A stretch of 64,000 nucleotides of DNA from Eledone cirrhosa (Eukaryota), in assembly GCA_964016885.1 (NCBI GenBank), contig OZ024745.1, positions 30,504,001 to 30,568,000 of the forward strand. The letters are read 5' to 3'. A program made the position numbers and the translations under genes. The notes beneath the pieces were generated by a model. That model made no database searches. It saw only the letters and a list, made by a program, of their open reading frames with translations, and had not been told where the DNA came from. The number at the start of each line of letters is the position of its first letter. The stretch's first letter is position 1. This document shows positions 1 through 12,990 of the stretch, piece by piece.

Positions 1-781
1 GATTTCACATACAGTATCAATAGATTTATATATCCGTGGACATCCAGGAAGAAGCTGAAGAAGCTGATCGTTAATACAGCTAACCGTGATATTTTTGGGT
101 GCAAGAATGGCTCTTTCGCATAGCCAATCAAGATTTGTATAGTTATCATGCAAGTTCGGGAATGCACTCGCCTTGAGATCATCGACAGTTTCACCTATAT
201 TGCAGATGTGATCAATTGCTATGTGTCCATCTGTATCCGGTGGCAGGTTACCATCTCCTATTGTAAGAATGTCTCCAGAAAATGTTGATGACAGAGGGTC
301 CCCATTCAACCTTGCACGCATGTTGGTAGTTAGTCTTAATGATGTCACTTGTCACCACAATGGTGAAGACTTAAGAGATGCATTTACCGCATCTGCTCTT
401 GTTCGTTTCGGTATTATAGGAAGAGTCTGTCTGAAGTCTCCTGATAGCAGAAGGGTGACACCCCCCATAACATCACTGCAATCCCGTATGTCTTGCAAAG
501 ACCTGTCTAGTGCCTCAAGAGCACCTTTGTGCGCCATTGTGCACTCACCCCAAACAATAAGGTGACACCTTCGCAACAGATGAGCCCTTTCAGAGTCTTT
601 GGTGATATGACAAGTAGGAGTTTCCAATTTTGGGGCCAAATCAAGGGGCAATTTAAAAACTGAATGTGCCGTCCTTCCACCAGGGAGCAAAGTTGCTGCG
701 ATTCCAGAAGACGCAACTGCTATTGTTATGCCCTTATTCTGTCTAACCTTTGCAAGAAGAAGCTTAGTAACGAAAGTTTTT
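1..781 (-). pseudogene. Helitron PIF1-family helicase remnant
   Basis: KTFVTKLLLAKVR...SSGIAATLLPGGRTAHSVFKLPL...IVWGECTM...LLLSGDFRQTLP...WLCERAILAPKN. Confidence 0.9.
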
Positions 782-2756
782 CATCTCGGCTGTTTTCACG
801 AAGTAATCCAAACGTAGCAGCATCAGAGCCTTTATTAATGTACTTACAAATGTATTTTATAGATTTAATCGAATTACAGTATTCTACGTTTATGTGTGCA
901 TCAAAAATCTTTATAAGGAGTGGATTATATGGAACAACCCATCTGTTGTCAACCTCATGTTTGCCAACCTTTGCTGTGAATGCACCATGTTCGGGTCTTC
1001 TCCGGCGATATAGTGGGTATCCGTCATGACCAGTCTGAGTGTCCTTAAGGAACTGTCGGGGAAATTTCTTTGAGCACCTAGACTTGTCCTTAACACACGG
1101 TAGGTTGTTGTGAAATCCATGTTCACATGGGCCATGCACCATGTGTGCTTTAACTTTTTGTTAAAGGTCCCTGTCGATTGCCGGATCCGGGAACTCAGCA
1201 TAAATGACATTGTCAATTTCATCTGATCTAAGTTTTGTATTTAACCAAATCAGAATGTGGGCATGTGGCAAGCCTCGTTTTTGCCACTCAATTGTAACCT
1301 GTCACATTGTACTGGGCCAAAGATTTCACCTGTTTTGATAAGTTCCATGAGCTTAATTAACTTAAGATGGAAAACTCTGGCAATAAGATCCTGCCTGGCT
1401 GTGGCTTTTTGACCTGGAAAGAGTTCTTTCTGAATCTCTTCCCATTTTGGGTTTGAAGTGAAAGCAATAAACAAATCTGGTTTACCAAAAAGGCGCACAA
1501 AAGTTAAAGCATCTTGAAATTTTTCGAAAAAGAACCGAGGACTTCCTGTGAAAGATGAAGGAAGGATGCACAACAGTCCAATACTATCAGGATCTGCATC
1601 ATTGTTCATTCCACCACGAAGGTGAATGTAAGTGTCACAGCGAAGTTGTTTCTAATTAAGTCGAATGAAGCCTAATCTCTCGGACTCCATTTTTGCGAAC
1701 ATGTCAACTGTCAATTGATTGAAGAGGTCTTGTGATCGGTGCAGCTGGTTGAAGCAGTTGTCGCGGATCATGAACCGGAAAGCGTAAAAATCCATGCATG
1801 TGACAATTTTCGTGGTATGCTCATCTTTGTTTGTGGAATTAATTTGATGAATTCCGAAATGGTATCCATCCTCACCATAAACAAATAATAGCGGATACTG
1901 GAGTGCGTCGTAAGATCGATGGGTTTCACTTATTCTGTTAAGGCTGTTGTCTCGTCGCTTGATAATAATTGTTTCTACGTTAGGCACAAGGCCAGCAATT
2001 ACCCAGTGCATTACTGGTACTTTATTTTATCGCCCCCGTAAGGATGAAAGGCAAAGTTAACCTCGGCGGGATTTGAACTCAGAATGGCAAGGGCCGTAAC
2101 TCTATACGTCAAAGCATGGCGTCCGACCCTCTCCCAATACTGCCAATTCACCGCCCTTATCGCTTGATAATAATGTATCTCTGGTTGTGCTGCTCTCCAC
2201 TAATAACGATTGCTACCTCATTACAAGTAGGTACATTATACCGGCCCGCATGCTCCCCAGATGGTCTCTCATCAGCGTAAATGACGATATCGTAATTTGG
2301 CGAAGGTGCTTCTTCTAAAGCACACTTGAAGCTTTTAATGTAGCTATTGTTAGAGTGAAGCATGTCTTGGAGGTCAATCAAGAGTTCCAGTTTAGTGTCT
2401 GAAGTGTACGATTGCCGTAGATCTGCTTGCTGATGACAGTTGACAATAAAGTAAACCTGTAAAGATTGTGGCTCTTCAGTAGGCAACGGTTGCAGTGATC
2501 CAATGAGATGACACACCTGGCCCTGTACTTTGTAAGTCGGTATAAATCCATCTTCCTTCAGACGTTTTGCACCGAAAGAGGTCATTTGAAACGCAATGTT
2601 GTACTGTCGGATATGCTTCAGAAAATCACGTGATTGTGAATGCTTACCTGTTAGAAGCATCTGGAGAGGTTGTGGTGGTTCCCTAAGAGTGGGCAAATTA
2701 ACCTTACCGTTGGAGCAGCACATTCCAGTTGATTCTCCCCTCCCCCCCACACACAC
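782..2756 (-). pseudogene. Helitron Rep (HUH endonuclease) domain remnant
   Basis: ORFs 2157-2756, 1652-2011, 1250-1609 and 726-1142 contain Rep motifs (HAH; YxxKY). Interrupted by a SINE and frameshifts. Confidence 0.88.
1970..2159 (-). mobile_element. tRNA-derived SINE inserted in the Helitron, 15-bp TSD
   Basis: TSD tcgcttgataataat at 1955-1969 and 2160-2174. B-box-like GAGTTCAAATCCC and core GCCTTTCATCCTT...GATAAAATAAAGTACCAG on the minus strand. Confidence 0.88.
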
Positions 2757-3958
2757 TTTTTAGCTTTACAATGTTGGCAAGTATTTGACATGGCATATAT
2801 TTGAATATCAGGATGGATTTGATAGTTTACATTAGGGTCATAATTAATTGCCTTAAGGTACCATCGTGAGCGTGATGCCTTTGAAATACCCCGCGATAAA
2901 GCTCTACATTGAGCGTTACCCTCCAGCCGAATAGCTCGACTTGTTACAGTCTCTACAGCTCCTGCCGTAGCAGTAGCTGAAGCATTTCTCAAATGCCGAC
3001 TTTGACGTTCTTGCTCAGTCTCAATTGCTCTTGCTGCAACATTAGCTGAAGCATTACGCGCACAGCGTCTTTCATTTGTTTGTACTGTCTCTGCAGATCT
3101 TGCTGCAGCAGTATCTGTAGCATCGATAGCAAGGCGTGTTTCACGTTGCTCTGTAGTCTCTGCAGCTCGTGCTGCAGCAGTTGCTTCAGCATTATTGGTT
3201 CGCCGCACTAACCGACGCTCAGCGGCGAACAAAGATGTTTCAATAACTGTACTCACCGCATTTAGTGATTGTCTATTTTCGGTTATCGGCGGAGCGTCAT
3301 TTACACGCATTGTTTTCTTCGAGCGATAGCCAATATGTGAATACTTTCTTTTACGGGGCATATTTGGTGAAAAGTTGTAAAGCGTTACAGTTAACTTTGA
3401 AAGTGCAACAAATTTTTTTTTTGTATCAACATGCCTTTGCTTATGAAAGTTTTAAAAATGAAAAAGTTGTAGGTACCAATGGTTTGAATGGAAAGTCCCA
3501 TACGATTGTTCTAAAAATAAACAAACATCATAAAAATCTCGTCAATTCGAGACTGTTGCGAGATTATGCCCTTAACGCGAAAATTAACACTTAATATAGT
3601 GAAACAAGTTAAAACAACAAGTGTTTTTTTTTTACTTTGAAAGTGCAACAAAGAATAAACAAGAAACAAACGCTCGTCAATCAAATGAATGTGATGTTTA
3701 TATTGAAAAGTACATTATCTCCCTTTTTTATAAGGACCGTCAATAAATTTTGTTATCTCCCTTACATCAATTTTTCTACCGATAATTTTGATATCGATTT
3801 TGTATTGCTCAACGTGGGTCGATTTGAAAAATGTTTCTGATGTAACAATGTTATCTACCTGTGGAACGTGCACAGAAAATTTGGTCAAATTCAGTTGATA
3901 ATTGTGAAAGCCTTATGCATGCCAAGTTGTACACAGACACACACACACATCCTCGCTT

Positions 3959-3976
3959 TTATATATATATATATAT

Positions 3977-4011
<35 letters not shown>

Positions 4012-4264
4012 TTTATATATATATATATATATATTCTATATATATATATATACTTTTTATATAAATATATATTCTATATATATATATACTTTATATATAT
4101 ATATACTTTATATATATATATACTTTATATATATATATACTTTATATATATATATACTTTATATATATATATTCTATATATATATACTTTATATATATAT
4201 ACTTTATATATATATACTTTATATATATATATACTTTATATATATATACTTTATATATATATAT

Positions 4265-4337
<73 letters not shown>
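3959..4337. repeat. (TA)n microsatellite with periodic CTT interruptions
   Basis: Direct reading. Confidence 0.97.
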
Positions 4338-4338
<1 letters not shown>

Positions 4339-4707
4339 ATGGAAATGCTGGTGCCATGAAAAATGGCAACCAGTCCACTGGATGCTGTGACAAAAAGCAC
4401 CTAGTTCATCCTCTTAGATGGTACTGCCAGAGTCATGATAAAAGGCTACTAATAATGTTGAGGAAATATTGAGACAGCCGGAGGTCAGCCGTCGGGATCC
4501 TGAACTTTTCATGTATATATAGATATATATAATTATACAAGGACGATTTGATTTCTTAAGCCTTCATTACATTTATTGATCCGCTAAAGGTTCGATCTGA
4601 CCCGACTCAGGAATCATAAGCTTGTCGGACCTCCGCTGTTGCAATGACAGAAACATTGAGTGTTGACCTGGGTGAATCTGCAGTAATTTCACATTACACT
4701 CCCTTGC

Positions 4708-4713
<6 letters not shown>

Positions 4714-4772
<59 letters not shown>
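4714..4772. repeat. (CA)n microsatellite
   Basis: Direct reading. Confidence 0.97.
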
Positions 4773-4774
<2 letters not shown>

Positions 4775-4779
4775 AAATA

Positions 4780-5620
4780 TATAAATTATATTAAACATAC
4801 CTTGTATAGATGTCAGCATTCCTCTCCCTTTTGCAGCAGCAAGTAGTATTACTGATGTTAAAAAAAAAATTAACATAATGTCTTACAAATGATTTGAAAC
4901 AGCATATAAATAATATTACAAATCGTTTGCAATTCTTTCAGAATGACAATATAAACAGAGCATATAAATAAATTTACAGTAGAATAACATAACAAATATG
5001 TTTTACATATATACATAAATAACATTACAAATGCCTCGGTAACACTACAAGGGATGATATAATGACAGATATATTTCTTCAATGCTACAATATTAAAGAA
5101 AATGTAAAAGAAGGGTTGAACAACGGAGCCAACACCAGAGCAAAAGACAGCAGCGTCGCGAGGAGTACTGGGCAACCTCTCTAATTATTTTTTAGGCAAG
5201 CCAGTGTGGGTATGGCTTTTTCTAACCACGGAAGCTGTGGCTCTCGTCCTAACCGCAGCATCCAGGATGTGGGAAAGAGCAAAAGCGTCACTAACAGTGA
5301 CGTCCCAGACAATGCACCTGCCTCTCGACCAGGGACACAGGTAAGGCCGTCAGATCTTTTGCCGTCACTTCTGGACAACCCAGATGGTTCCAAGAGTGAG
5401 GGGATATTCGGCCGGGCCAAAGCTCTATTCAGAATGAGGTTTAGCTCCGTACAGCATATTACATTGAGTTTTCCTCCTTATTTTATTATATATATGTATG
5501 GAGCCATAACTCCCAGTAGAGTTGTAGAGATGCTGATGACATACACCATTTCAAGGGCATTTTGTTTAAATATGGTGGAGCCTCTACCTTCTCCAGATCT
5601 AAATAAAGTCAATTTCTTCC
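4780..5620 (-). repeat. Dispersed repeat (probable PLE pseudo-LTR family), split by a LINE fragment; related copies at about 12630-12800 and 14730-14890
   Basis: Shared ttaaacatacc...aatgttaaaaaaa...atttgaaa..catattacattga at all three sites. Copies 2 and 3 carry C(T/C)GAAGA on the minus strand. Confidence 0.55.
4908..5450 (-). mobile_element. 5'-truncated RLE-type non-LTR retrotransposon (CRE-like) 3' fragment, 9-bp TSD
   Basis: LEPSGLSRSDGKRSDGLTCVP resembles the RPDG restriction-like endonuclease motif. TSD acagcatat at 4899-4907 and 5451-5459. Confidence 0.72.
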
Positions 5621-5781
5621 AAAGTAAGGAAACAGCGAAAAAAGAGGAAGTGAGAAAGAGATACAGAGAAAATCGCTACCAGTATATATATATATTTGAG
5701 ATGTCAATACGGCAAATATTGATGCAATTCAAATCAAGCACCCGACGCCTTTTTTCCACATAGGAAAAACGGAGTATATTT

Positions 5782-6089
5782 AGAATGAGAAAATGCGAAG
5801 TAGTTTCAGATGTTAAAGTCCTTTATTGGTAATGTTGTGATACAAATTTCAATGACGGCAGTGGTCACACGGTTTCGTGTACCCAGTGCCGTGACATCAT
5901 CAAACAGCTTCTTATATAATAAGGTTATGTTCCCAAGGCAATCCAAACAGAAAAGACGAGGGAAGGGACAAGGCGCGTGTTCTAGAATCGCCTGCCTGTT
6001 CCCCTGTGGTCAACAATTTACCTCCGCAATCCTGCGCAGGCGCAGACGAAAGATGACTATCCACTACACCAAACTCACCAAAAACTAGC
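5782..6089 (-). repeat. Left arm of about 308-bp inverted repeat (pseudo-LTR-like)
   Basis: Reverse complement of 6771-7079, roughly 90% identical by eye. Confidence 0.9.
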
Positions 6090-6770
6090 CTAGGCATGCC
6101 CCCCCCCCCCCTCCAACCAAACATCCACCTCGTCCAGGTTTGTAATATGACACTGTTAAAGTAGTATACTGCAAGTGGCAGCTAACCGAAATCTAGTGGT
6201 GATTGCAGAGTATCAGTTTCAATAGGCATTAATACTACCCCTAATCTACGCCTGGACAATGGAGTTGACCATCCCCACTATGAGAATATAAACTTATTTC
6301 TAGATATTATGGTTTCACAGTGGAAATTGAAAATTAAACGTTAAAATCTTGATTGAAGTGAATAAAAAATATATATATAAAGAGTAAATAGTAAATAGGG
6401 AGGTGTTTAAATTAAAGTAAGAATTTTAGAAAAGGGGGTCAATATTGGATACTTCAGATATATTATCAATATATTGCACGATAGTACCATATAGTAGAAC
6501 AATTAAGGTCTGAAACGTAGTAATTAGGTAAACAATTAGTTAATATCTTCTTCTACCACATGTATCAAAACAAAACCAAAGGAAAGGTACATAGATGCAA
6601 AATGAGAGAGGGAACATGTATGAGAAAAAAAATATATATATGAGAAAGGTAAACATGTGTATTGGTATGGAGATGAAGGTAGAAGTGGTGCAAATGTTTG
6701 TTAATTTGACCTTGAAAAGTGTATATAAAAATTTGTTGTCGGATGGAGTGAGGGGGTCCCAGTGCAAAAT

Positions 6771-7075
6771 GCAAGTTTTTGGTTAGTTTGGTGTCGTGGA
6801 TAGTCATCTTTCGTCTGCGCTTGCGCAGAATTGCGGAGGTAAATTGTTGACCACAGGGAAACAGGCAAGCGATTCAAGAACACACGCCTTGTCCGTTCCC
6901 TTGTCGTTTCTGTTTGAATTGCCTTGGGAACGTAACCTTATTATATAAGAAGCTGTCTGATGATGTCACGGCACCGGGTACACGAAATTGTGTGGCCACT
7001 GTCGTCATTGAAATATGAATCACAGCATTACCAATAAAGGACTTTAACATCTGAAACTACTTCGCATTTTCTCAT

Positions 7076-7079
<4 letters not shown>
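6771..7079 (+). repeat. Right arm of about 308-bp inverted repeat with TATA-like box, hammerhead-like fold and AATAAA
   Basis: ttatataa at about 6941, CTGATGA at 6957-6963, AATAAA at 7033-7038. Confidence 0.9.
6952..7026 (+). ncRNA. Candidate type-I hammerhead ribozyme (imperfect stem II base)
   Basis: Stem I GCTGT/ACAGC; CTGATGA; long stem II (ACGGCA...TGTCGT with inner ACAC/GTGT); GAAA at 7010-7013; ATC cleavage triplet at 7019-7021. Confidence 0.5.
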
Positions 7080-7174
<95 letters not shown>

Positions 7175-7179
7175 AAAAA

Positions 7180-8530
7180 ACTGGTACAATGTGGTAGAAA
7201 TATATGAAGGGCAAAGTTTGACAAATAAAACAAAACAAAAAGTAGTGTTTAACTCAGTATATTTCGATATGATATTTCAAGGCTAATACCCCACTTTTCT
7301 AATGTTTAGCAGAAATGTTTCAAAACAAAAACAAATGATCTAGATGTTCTTCCTTAATTGGCCTATGTGTCTGAAATACACACGTGCAAAGTCATTATAA
7401 TAGCTAATCTGCTTCGTGCATCTCCAATCTATTATTTATTTGTGGTGTTTGCTGGATGATGATAATAGCCTCTTTGATTCTTGAACTGCCCACATTCTTT
7501 TCCATCACCTCTATCGTGATCTCAATGTTTTGACTGTAGCATCTGTCGTGATGTTTTTTAACCGAAGAAGCTCTCATTGCATGTACTCCTTGATTGGAAT
7601 GTGCAGCATCCGGATGGTACTTCCGATGTATGAGGAGCTATATTTTTTACATGTGACCTTGTAGACCACATACACTCTCGTGCACACTTCTGCATTGTTA
7701 GTGAGACAATTAGGAAGTGTGCACATATCGTTGTATGTCGGTGTGTGCCTATTAAGCATTCTCCACAATGAGGGTCCCGAGTGCACAGTTATATATTCAC
7801 GCCCCCCAGATGGCTTGACTGTTGTTTTCTCATTGAAATATGGCAGCTTTATGTAGCATATGTTATTTCTATGAGCATGTGTTTTTCTTTTAAGTGTTGC
7901 TCTCTTGGCATTTCAGTGTTTGGTGAGAGAAGTGGGGTAGCCGTTCTTGATGAAAGCTCTCTGGAATTTCACCATGCTGGTATGTTTGTTGTTAGCCTTG
8001 CTGCGTATGTTGCATATGTGAGAAATCTCATTCAGTATATAGGCCATTTTGGCTCTATAGAGAATCATGGTGCACAAAAAAGTCTCTGCAGGCATCCTTC
8101 TTGTAAATGTGGTTATATGGATCCCTCCTCGGTGACACTTAATGTAGAGTCGAATAGAGAAAAGATCCAGTGGTGTCTGGGTACTCAACCTCAAAGTTCA
8201 CATGTGAATATATGTTTTCGAAAATGTTGTAAATTTTGAAAGCTTCTTCATGTGATGAAGTGAGCTTAAGGATATCATCCACATACCTGGAGAAGTCATT
8301 ATAGTAGAAGGTTGGCTATTATAACCAGTTCACCCATGCAATTTTGCAGGCACAGGCCAGTTAAGGAAGAACAGAGTGATAAATTGTTTTTAACTATTTC
8401 TTCTTCACATTTGAAAAGTGAGTCTCGGCCCTGAAATATCATTTGAAATACACTGGGTAAAACGTTACTTTGTTTTATTTGTCATCCTTTGCCCTTTATA
8501 TATTTCTACTGCGTTGTAGCGGCTTTTTGA
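7180..8530 (-). mobile_element. 5'-truncated Penelope-like element (RT thumb plus GIY-YIG) flanked by inverted pseudo-LTR copies
   Basis: YVVYKVTCKKYSSSYIGSTIRMLHIPIKE (GIY-YIG), RYVDDI at about 8272-8290, FIKNGYP. 7180-7375 is an inverted diverged copy of 8340-8525. Confidence 0.82.
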
Positions 8531-8566
8531 AACTTATCAGTCACTTACAATACATATTCTAAATAA

Positions 8567-8662
8567 ATACATACATACATACATACATACATACATACAT
8601 ACATACATACATACATACATACATACATACATACATACATACATACATACATACATACATAC
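8567..8662. repeat. (ATAC)n microsatellite
   Basis: Direct reading. Confidence 0.97.
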
Positions 8663-8689
8663 TCTTCTAAGTATATCCACTGAAGACAC

Positions 8690-11600
8690 CTTTTATTCGA
8701 ATTCGTAGAGATATTCGACTAAATACATAATTCATTTTACAAGGATTTGCTACAAACAACATGGCTGAACACAACAACAACAACAACAACATCAATGGAA
8801 TACCGAAAAAAAACGAGAAAGGTAAACAAAATTTATTCAGTTGTAACTACAGAAGAAACCGAAATTATAAATCGCATTTCTCTTGGAGTTGCGAACTTAA
8901 TGATGATTTATTTAATTATTATAAAATGCCAAAAAAGCAAGTCCTCCATCAGAATGAAGCTACACTTATACGAAATACATCCAGAGCTAAATCACTTCAC
9001 AGCGAAACAATTACACCAACAAGCGACGTTTGTTGAACGTAAAAATAAGATAAATATGATTAATTGTAAGTCCCCCACAACAAACATGGAATCAACAACA
9101 GGTGCTACAGGTTGCCATGCTACTAGACTTCCTAGTAGCCAGGTCGAACAGTGCCTTGAAAAACCTATGCCTGTAAGAAGTTTGACACCACGTGTACCAT
9201 CTAAGTCTACCTCGAATGCTGTGGAAAACACTATCAATAATAATAATAATAATCGAAGAAATTTGACACCACGTGTACCATCCGAGTCTACCTCGACTGT
9301 GGTGGAAAATACTATCGATAATGATAATAATCAAAAGTATAAACAATTGAAAATGTCCCTCAACGAAATATTCCAGAGAGATGCTGAATGTATTAAAACA
9401 ACAATATTTAATAAAAGAAAAACCAAATAATGAAATATTACGTGTTATTGACGAAATAGGGGATGAATATTTACGACGGGTAAAAACCCCAAAATTCTGG
9501 AAAATCAACGCCTGTTTATATGCCTTAGCAACGACAGTGAAGCATTATCTTGGTGATAGCAGAGATATTAACAAGAACAAAACACCACCAAAAATACCAT
9601 CATATATAACTAAAATAGGAAAAAAGATTGCTGACCTACGAAAACCCATAGGATATGTGACAATGCTCCTTACATGCAAACAAACACAAAAAAACTTCAC
9701 TCCTCACCAACAAAGAGTGAAAAATAAAATAGAAACGATGTTTGGTAACAGTAGAACCAGAACTCTTCAATATAAGCTGATCACCCTCAAACAAGAATTG
9801 AGAGCTGTTAGCGAAAAACGCCGATACCTGAAGTAGGTAGATGAAAGAAAAGTGCTTAATAAAAGATTCAAACGAAACCAAACATCAGTCTATAGAGATA
9901 TGAAGGACAGAATAATAAGTGTCACTGAGGCCCATCCCAGAAAGACATAAATTCGTTTTGGAGAAAAATATGGGGTGAAAAGAAGAATGTCAACTAAGAT
10001 GCAGTGTGGTTAAAAGAAATTCAAAAGAACTATTGCTCCTACACTACAACAAAAACATACGAAATAAGTGAGGGTACCATTGAGACTGTGATAGGAAAAC
10101 TCCAAGATAAGCAAACACCAGGAAGAGACATGATTGTCGGCTACTAGTACAAAAAACTGATATTCTATCGGAGGTATCTTACCGACCTCTACCAATAAGT
10201 TCTTAAGGGAGATACACTTATACCAGAATGGTTGACATTAGCACAAACATTACTGGTCCCCAAGAACAAAGACACCCACCTGGCAAAAACCTACCAACCC
10301 ATTGCATGCCAGAACCTGATGTATAAGATCTATACAGCCTGCCTGAACCTATTCCTCCAAGATCACTGTGAAAATAATAACATCACAGATAAACAAGCAG
10401 CTGAAAAGAAAGAGTTTTGGGGATGTGCTGAACAACTCGTAATCAACAAAACTGCCATGTTGGAGGTGCGACAACTTAGGAGGAATATGGCTACAGTCTG
10501 GCTGGACTACAGGAAAGCTTTCGATTCTGTTCCCCACTCTTGGATGATAGAGGCCCTCCGACTTGCTAAAGTTCCAGACATTATTATCAGAGCCACAGAG
10601 AAGCTGTCTTCTTGGGCTACTATCCTAAAGTTAAAAACAGAGAAAGAGGACTCTATTTTCACTGATAAAATAAAATATTGCAGGGGTATATTTCAGGGAG
10701 ACAGTCTCTCTGTGATATTATTCATCCTGTCATTAAACTCCTTGTCCTTTCTGCTCAAGAAATGTGAAGGATACATCATTGGCTCACAGGAGGACAGAAA
10801 TACGAACCTAACCCATAATTTCTTTGTGGATGATCTGAAACTCTATGCCAAGAACATGGATGGGATGAAGAAAAATCTTGACCTGGTTACAACATTCTCA
10901 AAGGATATAGGAATGGAGTTTGGCCAAGATAAATGCTCATATATGACTGTAAAGCGGGGAAAAACTAGCAACATTTGTATCAATGGCCTAACTGTTTCAC
11001 CGATATCTGATGAGGACTGCTACAGATACCTGGGGATAGATGAGAACATATCCTATAATGGTATCTGTAATAAGGAACGTGTAACCAGGGAATACTACAC
11101 CCGATTAAGAAAGATATGGTCATCGGAACTCTCTGCGCAAAACAAAACAGTGGCTCACAATGTGTTTGCTGTGCCTGTCCTAACACCAACTTTTGGAATA
11201 CTCAATTGGACGATAGACGAAATCCGAGCAATTGATGTTAGAACTCGAAAAATACTAAACAACACCGGAGACTTCCACATCAACAGTGACATAGACCGCC
11301 TTTACTTGAAATGTAAGCAGGGAGGTAGAGGCCTAACATCAGTCCAGACAGCATTTGAATGTCGCATCATATCCCTCCGACAACATCTACGAACCTCAAA
11401 GCGTAGGAGCCCGTCTCTCGAGTAAGTCTATCTGCATGAAACAGATAAGATCATGAGAATTGGGAAGGAACTCCCCGAGAGGTATTCCCTGTGTGATAAT
11501 CAAAAACTCACACCCAAGGAAGTCGCTAGCAGTATCGCAGTGAATCCATGGATGAAAAACTGCATGCTTATCAGCAAAAAATCATGCATGGATATGTTGC

Positions 11601-12537
11601 CAGGAAGCTCCAGAGTGAAAGTAATATAGATAAAGAAAGTAGTCTATCTTGGACCAACAACCGCTATATTGGCTCCCACTTTGATGGATAAGCTTTTGCA
11701 ATCCAAGAACAGGAAATCAACACGAAATACCTGATTCACAAAAGATATAGGGATGCAGCAAAACACCTAGATGTGATAACAAGTGAAGACTCTGCAGAAT
11801 TAACATCGAAGATGTCACCCATGTCATAAGCAGCTGTCCAAAGATGTCATCACGGTACTATCTACCTATGAGGCATGATGTATTGGCCAAAGCACTGTAC
11901 AATGCAATCCGTAGAAAAGATAGCCCCGATAATGAACACATTAAAAACTACAGAAATGTGGAAGAGTATGGTGGAATGTTCCAGTAAAAACCCCAATAAA
12001 ATGCAGGCATAACAGACCAGATATTATGATACGGGACAGGGAAAAGAAGGCATGCACAGTAGTGTAAATTAGCTGCCCAGCAGATGCCAATATAATATCA
12101 AAGATTAGCGAAATGGAGAATATTTATGCAGAACTGATGAGAAATCTGCAGATACTCCATCCTGATTACACCTTCAGATTTATGCTTGTGATTATTGGGG
12201 CATTGGGATATGTTAGTAACTGCCTCAATACAAATCTTGAGAAGCTAGGCTTCACAGGAACAGAAAGAACACAACTAGTTAGGAAATTACAAGTACAATC
12301 CATTAATGGAACAGTAAAAATATGTAAAACATTCCAAAAATGTTGCATCTAATACACATGTACAGATACGAAGCATATACACATGCACACATACAATAAC
12401 ATGCATATCTACACATGCATGCATACATACATATCTACCTAGTTGATGTTGTGTAAATTCCAGAGAGTCTTGTGTCTATGTTAGATAACAACTCTCTCTC
12501 TATTGGCAAAAATTTGTGAAATTATAAAACCAGAAGA

Positions 12538-12540
<3 letters not shown>
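8690..12540 (+). mobile_element. Near full-length, degenerate R4/Dong-clade non-LTR retrotransposon (RT, CCHC, RLE)
   Basis: RT motifs YQPIAC, WLDYRKAFDSVPHSW, GIFQGDSLS, HNFFVDDLKLY, YRYLG; then RLY...GGRGL, (C)RLC...H...C, RHD and HNRPDI endonuclease motifs. Several stops and frameshifts. Flanked by microsatellites. Confidence 0.88.
10232..11425 (+). pseudogene. Reverse transcriptase domain of the R4/Dong-type LINE
   Basis: 397-aa ORF with RT motifs including FVDD; premature stop at 11423-11425. Confidence 0.88.
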
Positions 12541-12615
<75 letters not shown>

Positions 12616-12888
12616 ATATAATGTAATATAATATTAAACATACCATCTTCAGGTGTCATAAATCCTTTTCCACGAGCACGTAATGCTTCTAATGTTAAAA
12701 AAAGTTAACAAAGGCTTAAGTATCATTTGAAATAACATATTACATTGACACCCTCACCACCCCTCATTTTATAGTGTATATTCATAGCTAAGTGGATTGG
12801 CAAAATATCTTTAAATATAGCCCATCGTTTTTTCGCATTTACTTGTTACCCATAATTTTTGATTTGTATGGAAATTGACCTTCTTTTC

Positions 12889-12990
<102 letters not shown>

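Larger units (their letters stand above)
1..3965 (-). mobile_element. Degenerate Helitron (RepHel), truncated by the window start, 5' end embedded in (TA)n
   Basis: Minus-strand fragments occur in Helitron order: ETxEQRExRL-type repeats (2900-3250); CQHCKA...CCSNGKV; IRQYNIAFQMTSFGA; SYDALQYPLLF; FTGSPR...GKPDLFI; HUH motif IEWQKRGLPHAHILIWL (about 1243-1295); KYICKYINKG; then PIF1 helicase motifs (AVASSGIAATLLPGGRTAHS, GDFRQTLP). Multiple frameshifts and stops. Confidence 0.93.

Noticed and set aside
8678-8730. Hammerhead at CTGAAGA upstream of the Dong-type LINE
   Set aside because: No matching stem II, GAAA or stem I partner found
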